Notes under the pieces: generated by a model
Told to the model about the DNA's origin: nothing
Databases searched by the model: none
What the model saw: only the letters and a program-made list of their open reading frames with translations
Source: Candidatus Micrarchaeota archaeon
Lineage (GTDB): Archaea > Micrarchaeota > Micrarchaeia > Anstonellales > Bilamarchaeaceae
Direction of reading: 5' to 3'
Length of the DNA: 64,000 bases
Assembly (NCBI GenBank): GCA_038046805.1
Contig: JBBSVO010000002.1
Location: 16,684 to 80,683 of the forward strand
Translations under genes and position numbers: made by a program
Shown: positions 56,788 through 64,000 of the stretch, piece by piece
How the letters are laid out: each line of letters opens with the position of its first letter
Position numbering within the stretch: position 1 is the first letter of the stretch

Positions 56788-57234
56788 TTACTTCATAACC
56801 TTAACTGCCAGCACTCCCGCAACCAAATTCAGCACCAATCCAACAATCGTCCATGAAACAAGCAGCATTGCCGGCAAATTAAACAACATATACATTGACA
56901 GCGAACCAGGAAGCGTCGCAAGCAGGAATATCCATCCACCGAACTTCACTCCTTTTTCAAGCTCGTTCTTTGCCTTTATCGCTCCGCCGAATACAGAATA
57001 AGCGCATGCAAATATCGCCCAGCCTATAAGCGAAACCACTACGGACACTATGAAAAATTCAGTTGGAGGTGCGCCTGCGGTTGGCATCATTAATTTGCTC
57101 CACACCCCGAAATATGCAGGATTTGCATAGTGTGCCATGTCAACAATAGTTTCAAGAGTCCATGCAATCTGTCCGATTATCATCATCACTATCGAAATTA
57201 TTCCAACTTTTTTCAAGTCACACATATATATCAC
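56788..57234 (-). CDS. Four-TM membrane protein
   Basis: Hydrophobic, KGVKFGG motif. Confidence 0.7.
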   Translation of the reverse strand: MIYMCDLKKVGIISIVMMIIGQIAWTLETIVDMAHYANPAYFGVWSKLMMPTAGAPPTEFFIVSVVVSLIGWAIFACAYSVFGGAIKAKNELEKGVKFGGWIFLLATLPGSLSMYMLFNLPAMLLVSWTIVGLVLNLVAGVLAVKVMK

Positions 57235-57276
57235 CTAATTGTCTTGGGCTCACGGCTCATTGCTCAGGGCCCATTG

Positions 57277-58212
57277 CTATACTCTAAGCATCTCGCAATA
57301 GGCTTTAAATCTTCCTTCAATTTCTTCAAATGTGGTTCCTGCAAGCCTGTTCACAGAAAAATCCTCAACTGCAAGCGAACCCATAACATTTGCATATGCC
57401 ATTGCAATTTTTAGTTCCTTCAGCGTTGGCTTAATCGTCCCTTGCTTTGCAAGCGAACCGACAAATCCACCTGCAAAAGCATCTCCTGCTCCGGTCGGAT
57501 CGATTATACTTTCAAGCGGCAGTGCCGGAAATGGAACAACGTGTCCGTCATAAAATAGCAAACTACCGTGTTCTCCCTTTTTTATTATCACGATTTTCGG
57601 GCCAAGCGCCTGCACCTTTTTTCCGCATCTTATCAGGTTTGTGTCATCTGCAAGCATTCGTGCTTCTGCATCATTAAGGATAATCCCGTCAACGTGTGCC
57701 ATTGTTTCAAGGAGCGCTTTCCGCGACCCCTGAATGTATAATTCGATAGTATCCATGAATGCGAGTTTTTTTCCGCTCGCCTGTTTCAGCACGCTTAGTT
57801 GTTTTTCCGGTGGCATAGTCGCGAGATAAACAAATGCGCATTTCTTTGCCTTTTCCTGCACCATCGGTTCAAATTCACCCAGTACATTAAGCTCTGTTTT
57901 GTTAGCGTGTCTATGATAAAGGTCAAACGAGAACGTTGAATCGTAAAAAAATGTCTTTCCATCAATCTTCTGCTGCACACCGCTGAGGTCAATATTTTTT
58001 CCAGCAAGAAGTGCCCAGCTTTCTCCAGGAAAATCTCCTCCCACAACGCTACAGACCGAAACAGGTGCAAAGAAATTCGCGGAAAGCGAGAAATAGGATG
58101 CAGCTCCGCCAAGAACCCGTTCAACTGTTTTAAACGGAGTTCTGGTTGTGTCAAGTGCAATAGAACCAGAGCATAGAATCGAGCGAGTGGAGTTTGTTTT
58201 AGCCATAACCAT
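57277..58212 (-). CDS. PfkB/ribokinase-family kinase (nucleoside kinase-like)
   Basis: GSIALD, GGAA.Y, NDAEA, KKGEHG, DPTGAGDAFAGG. Confidence 0.93.
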   Translation of the reverse strand: MVMAKTNSTRSILCSGSIALDTTRTPFKTVERVLGGAASYFSLSANFFAPVSVCSVVGGDFPGESWALLAGKNIDLSGVQQKIDGKTFFYDSTFSFDLYHRHANKTELNVLGEFEPMVQEKAKKCAFVYLATMPPEKQLSVLKQASGKKLAFMDTIELYIQGSRKALLETMAHVDGIILNDAEARMLADDTNLIRCGKKVQALGPKIVIIKKGEHGSLLFYDGHVVPFPALPLESIIDPTGAGDAFAGGFVGSLAKQGTIKPTLKELKIAMAYANVMGSLAVEDFSVNRLAGTTFEEIEGRFKAYCEMLRV

Positions 58213-58254
58213 ATAATCACTGATTAATACTCTTGCGGAACAAATAAATTATAT

Positions 58255-59190
58255 ATGGGTTCCGATAGACTGGCTTTTGAAAAATTCTGTTTCGCGCTTG
58301 CACCAATGGCAGGTTACACTGATGCTGCATATCGTTTACTTTGCAAGGAACACGGAGCGCAGCTTACGGTTACAGAATTGATAAGTGCGGAGTCAATCGT
58401 GCGAAATAACGAAGAGGGTTTTCGCATTGCGTTTGTGTCTGAAGAAGAGCGCAAGCTCGGTCCCTGCGGGATTCAGCTGTTCGGTTCAAATCCAAAATCA
58501 ATCGCGAATGCGGCTCAAATCCTGGAAAAAAATGCGGATTTCATTGATTTGAATTTTGGCTGTCCTGCACCAAAGGTCACGAGGAATATGGGCGGAGCCG
58601 CGTTGTTGAAGAAACCAGATTTAATCTCGGAGATCGTGCGGGACGTAGTAACAACGATAAAAAAGCCAGTAACTGCGAAAATGCGGCTCGGAATAAATGA
58701 TTCTAATGGTGCTGTCACTGTTGCCAAAACAATTGAGCGTTCCGGTGCATCTGCAATATTCGTCCATGCCAGAACGCTTAAGCAGGGGTATAGCGGCGAA
58801 CCAGATTGGAACAAGATCGCGGAAATAAAAAAATCAGTTTCAATTCCGGTTTTCGGTAATGGCAACGTAACGAGTTATTCGAATGCAGTCCGCATGTTCA
58901 ACACTACTGGATGCGATGGAGTGATGATAGGAAGAGCCGCACTCGGGAATCCATTCATATTTGAAATGTGCCGTAAGCGCGAGGATTTTGAGGTTACATT
59001 TGAGATGCGCAAGCAGGCGTTTTCACGATATCTAGAGCTACGAGAAAAACTCAAAATGCGCGAGTCGCTTGGGGATTTGAAGGCTCAAGCCATAACCTTT
59101 ATTCAAGGGGTTTATGGCGCAGCCGAGCTAAGAAATAAAATTGCAAAAGCAAGGGAGAAGGAAGAGATTATGGTGCACTTCTGCCCCTAA
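58255..59190 (+). CDS. tRNA-dihydrouridine synthase (DusB-like)
   Basis: LAPMAG.TD, QLFG, DLNFGCP, HART..Q.Y.G, GNG, DGVMIGR. Confidence 0.93.
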   Translation: MGSDRLAFEKFCFALAPMAGYTDAAYRLLCKEHGAQLTVTELISAESIVRNNEEGFRIAFVSEEERKLGPCGIQLFGSNPKSIANAAQILEKNADFIDLNFGCPAPKVTRNMGGAALLKKPDLISEIVRDVVTTIKKPVTAKMRLGINDSNGAVTVAKTIERSGASAIFVHARTLKQGYSGEPDWNKIAEIKKSVSIPVFGNGNVTSYSNAVRMFNTTGCDGVMIGRAALGNPFIFEMCRKREDFEVTFEMRKQAFSRYLELREKLKMRESLGDLKAQAITFIQGVYGAAELRNKIAKAREKEEIMVHFCP

Positions 59191-59239
59191 AATGGCTGTT
59201 TATGAAGCAGTTTTGCAGCATATTTCTTTCGTATATCAG

Positions 59240-59959
59240 CTAATTTGGAGATGGCGGTTTAGAGATAAGTTGTTCAAACAACGGATCGTCTGGAGTATCC
59301 CTCACACATTTTATTTCGTCTATTTTCCTTTCTGCAAGCATTTTCGCATTATCATGCACTGAGTTCCTGGAAATGTCTTCTACAATATCATTTAATTCGT
59401 CTCTTTCGTTAAGCAATCCATCTACAGAACAATCCTGCCCCATTCCAAGAATGTGGTTAGCAATTCTGCCCACAACATTATCGAACATCGATATTATCTT
59501 TTCAGTCGCTGCGATAGATACGGCCGGACCATCTCGATCGTATTCTCCAAGCGCTAATATCTTTAATACACCCGCATCCTGTATCCGTTCTACCGCTATT
59601 ATAGCTGCACGTTCGTCGTTCGAAATATCTATAACTATAATTAATGCCTCAGGACAAGTAAGGACATCAATCCTATCCGTTAGTTTCTCTGCGACATACC
59701 TTTCTGCATATTGACTAGTATGATACTCGTATATTGCAATCAAGGCTTTTTCATTATCTGCGAGTTGATCAATCCCTTTTCTTTGTTCCTCTTTGTCTTT
59801 GCTCGTAACCAAAAGAATCGTTGCTTCAGGAATACCTAATCTTCTCAGCGCTGATTCTGGACCTTGCGTTAATTCTGCATACAATCCATCCACTTTTTTT
59901 ATTGGGTGATTGCTTGGTGTTGATTGTATTGCTGAAGGTATTACCGTTTTATGTGTCAT
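59240..59959 (-). CDS. Hypothetical helical-repeat protein
   Basis: Repeated 'A.E(K/R)(L/I).D...L..(I/L)' units. Confidence 0.6.
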   Translation of the reverse strand: MTHKTVIPSAIQSTPSNHPIKKVDGLYAELTQGPESALRRLGIPEATILLVTSKDKEEQRKGIDQLADNEKALIAIYEYHTSQYAERYVAEKLTDRIDVLTCPEALIIVIDISNDERAAIIAVERIQDAGVLKILALGEYDRDGPAVSIAATEKIISMFDNVVGRIANHILGMGQDCSVDGLLNERDELNDIVEDISRNSVHDNAKMLAERKIDEIKCVRDTPDDPLFEQLISKPPSPN

Positions 59960-60085
59960 ATAATAATCTTAATACACATCTATTTATAACCTTTATATTT
60001 TGTCAAACTTCCAGTATTCGGATTGATTCCCTTAAAAAATTAATCCTCTAGAATATAATTGTTGTGTTGGTCAAAAGTGAGGTTT

Positions 60086-62251
60086 ATGCCAGAATTCAAA
60101 TCTCCGGAACTAAAAGCCGTAAAAATAAAGATGCAAAAATTTGAAGATTTTGTAAGCGGTATACCTTCAGGACATAAGGGGTCGCTTTTATCCCGCTTCT
60201 CAGAATTGCGGGCTGGGGAAAGAAAAAAATTATTCTTAATAGCTGAACAGATATCCAAGGAACCAAATTTGGGTGTGAGAATCAACGCACTTCTTGCCCT
60301 TAATTCTCTTCTTTTAAACCCTCAATTTAATGAAAAAATGCTTGATAAGTTTAAATCCATCTCGGATCTGCTCCTTCGCGAAAGCGACACCGCAGTTAAA
60401 TTGAATGCTTTTTCTACATTTTCAATTTTACTCTCCAACAAAAATTGCAATCCCCCGTTGATGCTGTGCTTTGAACAGATTGCAACGAACTTACTGAAAT
60501 TCAAGGATGACTCAATTAGAGTAATGGCGTTTTCCCATATCATGCCATTGCTTGGCAATACAAGCCTAGAATGCGAGATGCTCGAAAAACTCAATGATGT
60601 TGTATCTCGCATTAGGGAATACGAAACAGAGAAAGCTTCGGCATATAAATTCTTCGAGGTACTTGGGTCACTTTTGAGAAACCGCGGGTTTGAAGCCAGC
60701 ATGCTCGATGACTTTGGATCCATTGTAATATCATTGAAAACAGGGGAGGACTCCGGGGCAAAGAAACCCCTTTTCACTGCTTTCCTGACCCTCCTTGACA
60801 ATAAGGCATTTGATGCGAATTTAATGAGTGGTCTGGTCAGATTGACACAAAAATTATGCCCTTTTGCAGGTGGAAGTATCAGCAATGCTGTATTTAGTGC
60901 CTTAAATGGATTCTGCGAAAATCCAAGGCTCGATAGCAAAAACGTGGAACAAATCGAAAGGATATTTGATAAAATTATGAATGAGATTACACCTGATTCG
61001 TATCATCATGAATTACGCAAGGATATACACCTTGATATATTTACTTCAATGGAGGGACTTCTCAAGGGTGGACCAGAAAAAGGCATGCTGGATAGTTTTG
61101 AACGAGTTCTTGACTCGGTCTTTGATATGCCTGCAAGAGAGGTTGTAAGTTGCTTTGACCTAATTTCAGAGATGGTCCGACATAATAAACTGGAAACTTC
61201 CATGTTTGAGTTGTTGGAACGTATAATCACGGATAAACTTTATACAAAATATTATGACCATGACCCTGAGATCGAAATAAGAGAAAATGTTTTTCAGCAA
61301 CTCGGCGTACTTGTTCGCCACAAGAACTTTGAAGTAGGGATGTTATTTGATTTCGAAAAGATGGTGCGGGTATTTTCCAACGAACCGAATGCGCAAGGCA
61401 ATGTCTTCGATGCCGTTGGGGCGTTGTTAAGAAATTACAGCCTGGATAGAATGATGCTTGCCAGTATTGCAGACACGTTAACTATCCCGCAACTTAAACA
61501 GCTCGAGATGGAAGAAAGGCTCAACCTTGCATATGGAGTTAGCGTGCTCGGGAGAAAAAACGCCCTGCAACTTAGGAAAGAACGGGGCATAGAGTTTTTC
61601 ATCAGGTACAGCGCGCCAGAACTGGAAAGGCAGATGTACCAGATAAACCAAAGTTTTGAACCAGACTACGCTGAATCAAAGCAGCTTACGGAGCAGCATT
61701 CAAAACCGGTTTTTCTTGTTATTTATAATCATCACGATTATAACGGGGCATTTTATGGAGGAATAGCCAGGTTCGATGCACTTTCCGAGCATTTCAATGT
61801 AGTCGTATTTGAAACAGGCAATAGATATGATTTTTATGAAGATTTGATAGACAAAACAACTGAGAGGTATGGATATCCAACGCATTACCTTTTTGGTGCC
61901 CATGGGTCAAAGGAAAGTATGATGTATGGTATTGATGAAAAAAAGGGATCACTGCGTTTGGACGACATTGAAGAATTTAGGGATAGGTATAGTAAAGTTA
62001 AAGTAAGTCCAGATAGACCGGGGCCAGTGGTGATCCTCGAAGCCTGCCTGACGGGCCACGATAAAGAAGCTATAGGTTCCAAAATCGCTGACGTGCTTGA
62101 TGCCTCCAGGTTATTTGCTCCGCAAGAACCAGGAAGTATAATTGACTGGACTGTTAAAGTGATTGACGGAGAACCCAAGGTAACTGATGTTACCTACAGC
62201 AAACCAAAAACAATATTCGGACCCGATGGAGAGATTATACGGAAAGAATAA
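60086..62251 (+). CDS. HEAT/ARM-like repeat protein with C-terminal clan CD peptidase-like domain
   Basis: Roughly 40-aa repeats containing L..N..F...ML; C-terminal YLFGAHGS and VILEACLTG. Confidence 0.7.
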   Translation: MPEFKSPELKAVKIKMQKFEDFVSGIPSGHKGSLLSRFSELRAGERKKLFLIAEQISKEPNLGVRINALLALNSLLLNPQFNEKMLDKFKSISDLLLRESDTAVKLNAFSTFSILLSNKNCNPPLMLCFEQIATNLLKFKDDSIRVMAFSHIMPLLGNTSLECEMLEKLNDVVSRIREYETEKASAYKFFEVLGSLLRNRGFEASMLDDFGSIVISLKTGEDSGAKKPLFTAFLTLLDNKAFDANLMSGLVRLTQKLCPFAGGSISNAVFSALNGFCENPRLDSKNVEQIERIFDKIMNEITPDSYHHELRKDIHLDIFTSMEGLLKGGPEKGMLDSFERVLDSVFDMPAREVVSCFDLISEMVRHNKLETSMFELLERIITDKLYTKYYDHDPEIEIRENVFQQLGVLVRHKNFEVGMLFDFEKMVRVFSNEPNAQGNVFDAVGALLRNYSLDRMMLASIADTLTIPQLKQLEMEERLNLAYGVSVLGRKNALQLRKERGIEFFIRYSAPELERQMYQINQSFEPDYAESKQLTEQHSKPVFLVIYNHHDYNGAFYGGIARFDALSEHFNVVVFETGNRYDFYEDLIDKTTERYGYPTHYLFGAHGSKESMMYGIDEKKGSLRLDDIEEFRDRYSKVKVSPDRPGPVVILEACLTGHDKEAIGSKIADVLDASRLFAPQEPGSIIDWTVKVIDGEPKVTDVTYSKPKTIFGPDGEIIRKE

Positions 62252-62424
62252 GGAATCGACATTTACTTTCCAAGTTTCACTTCGGATTAAAAAATTAACC
62301 ATTCATTAGATTATCCTCAATGTTAGTTCAATCAATCGTCATGGTGAATTTTTAGGCTATTGAACGGAATGCCGTTCCGTTCAATTATAAAAATGTCTAT
62401 AAGAAAAAGCAGGGTGAAATTTTA

Positions 62425-64000
62425 ATGCTATCAGACAAATACGACCGCTCGATTGAGCAGAAATGGCAGAAATACTGGGCAGACAACCAGACCTACAAAT
62501 TCGATGCATCAGGACTTGAAACCGGAAACTCGAAACTGGAAACTGGAAACGCGAGACCGATCTATTCCATCGACACCCCCCCACCGTTCACATCCGGCGA
62601 GCTTCACATGGGTCACGTTCTCTCATATTCTTTTTTCGACTTTGCAGCCCGCTACAAGCGAATGCGCGGATTCAATGTTTATTATCCGCAAGGCTGGGAC
62701 TGCCAGGGTTTTCCAACAGAGGTTAAAGTTGAAAAGAAATTCGGCCGCCTTCCGCCGCAGCAATTCAGGGAAAAATGCGTGGAATGGACAAGGGAATTCA
62801 TCTCACGCATGCGCCAGCAGATGAATGAAATGGCGTTCTCTCCTGACTGGGATTATGAATATCGCACGATGGAACCTGATTATCACAGAAAAGTCCAGCT
62901 TTCGTTAATCCAGATGTACAACAAAAAGCTCATTTATCGCGCAGAATATCCGGTTTACTGGTGCACAAGATGCATGTCAGCAATTGCAAAGGCAGAATTG
63001 GATGATGTTGACAAGGACGGAGCATTGAATTACATAAAATTCACCGGGCCGGACGGAAAAGATTTGCTCATCGCAACCACTCGTCCCGAACTTCTCCCTG
63101 CGTGCGTTGCGGTTCTTTATCATCCAGAAGATGCGCGTTACAAACACCTTGAAGGAAAGACGATAACCACAGCGCTCGGAAACGAGGTTCCGGTTTTCGC
63201 TGACAAGGATGTGGAAAAGGAATTCGGAACCGGATTATTGATGGTCTGCACATTCGGGGACAAGATGGACGTAGTCTGGACTCATCGCTACAAGCTCCAA
63301 ATCATAAATGCAATCGGCAAGAATGGAAAAATGCAGGGAACCGGGATTGAAGGAATAGACGGAATCTCAGCAGCAGATGCAAAAAAGAAAATACTCGAAT
63401 TGCTCGAAGCTCAGGGAAAAGTCGTAAAAAAAGAGCCGCTCAAGCAAACAGTGAAAGTTCATGACAGATGCGGAACTCCTATCGAGCTTCTTTCATCAAT
63501 GCAATGGTTTGCAGATATCCGCACTCCGGCAAAAGAAATCAAGGAATTGGCCCACAAAGTAAAATGGGTTCCTGAATTCGGAATCTCCTACTTAATTGAC
63601 TGGGTAGAGGGCGCGGAATGGGACTGGGTTATTTCCCGTCAAAGGGTCTTCGGCACCCCTATTCCGTTTTACTATTGCGAATCATGCAACAAAACCGAAC
63701 CTGCAAATGAAAGCGAGCTTCCTTATTACGCTGAAACTGCAAAACCAAAGAAATGCAAATGCGGCAGTGAAATGAAGCCAGAAACAAGCACATGCGATTG
63801 CTGGGTGGACTCATCTATTACTCCATTAATCATAAGCGGATGGCCGGATGACAAGGAACGCTTCGCAAAGCTCTATCCAAATTCCCTGAGGCCTCAGGGT
63901 GTGGAAATCGTTCGCACATGGGCGTTTTATACGATTTACAGAAGCGGAGTCGGATTGACCGGAAAGCCGCCCTGGGAAACAATCCTATTAAACGGAAACG
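62425..64000 (+). CDS. valS: Valyl-tRNA synthetase (partial, runs off window end)
   Basis: Not in ORF track; read manually: IEQKWQKYW, SIDTPPPFTSGELHMGH, GWDCQG, WDWVISRQR.FG.PIP, LRPQG.EIVRTW; AGGGTG RBS. Confidence 0.95.
   Translation, partial: MLSDKYDRSIEQKWQKYWADNQTYKFDASGLETGNSKLETGNARPIYSIDTPPPFTSGELHMGHVLSYSFFDFAARYKRMRGFNVYYPQGWDCQGFPTEVKVEKKFGRLPPQQFREKCVEWTREFISRMRQQMNEMAFSPDWDYEYRTMEPDYHRKVQLSLIQMYNKKLIYRAEYPVYWCTRCMSAIAKAELDDVDKDGALNYIKFTGPDGKDLLIATTRPELLPACVAVLYHPEDARYKHLEGKTITTALGNEVPVFADKDVEKEFGTGLLMVCTFGDKMDVVWTHRYKLQIINAIGKNGKMQGTGIEGIDGISAADAKKKILELLEAQGKVVKKEPLKQTVKVHDRCGTPIELLSSMQWFADIRTPAKEIKELAHKVKWVPEFGISYLIDWVEGAEWDWVISRQRVFGTPIPFYYCESCNKTEPANESELPYYAETAKPKKCKCGSEMKPETSTCDCWVDSSITPLIISGWPDDKERFAKLYPNSLRPQGVEIVRTWAFYTIYRSGVGLTGKPPWETILLNGN

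Noticed and set aside
62453..62824. 123-aa ORF
   Set aside because: Alternative frame inside valS

Overview
Gene-dense archaeal chromosome segment (GatD/GatE, TBP, Rpo4, L21e, S26e, RFC-L, XPD, Cdc48, Bud32, archaeal ValRS, archaeal SRP RNA). The tRNAs with non-canonical BHB introns and the overall gene content suggest a DPANN archaeon, probably Micrarchaeota; this assignment is inference. The most striking locus is 1-10305: at least six tandem paralogous polytopic membrane proteins with CedA/VirB6-like motifs are transcribed divergently from five class III signal peptide (type IV pilin-like) genes, around one centred palindromic TATA box. Other notable features: (i) an expanded family of Cys-rich repeat proteins (5 genes at 3 loci, 8 modules), two of them abutting a HerA/VirB4-like ATPase gene; (ii) tRNA-Val with a D-loop intron and tRNA-Leu with two introns; (iii) several dispersed hairpin-rich non-coding elements, including two families present twice with compensatory changes; (iv) degenerate 7-bp repeat tracts, some inside ORFs and a tRNA intron; (v) a 54-nt identical segment between the two TBP repeats; (vi) an 11-aa basic sORF; (vii) a helical-repeat protein with a clan CD protease-like tail. 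No rRNA, CRISPR array, integrase, transposase or reverse transcriptase was recognised. All assignments are by eye from motifs, without database searches.
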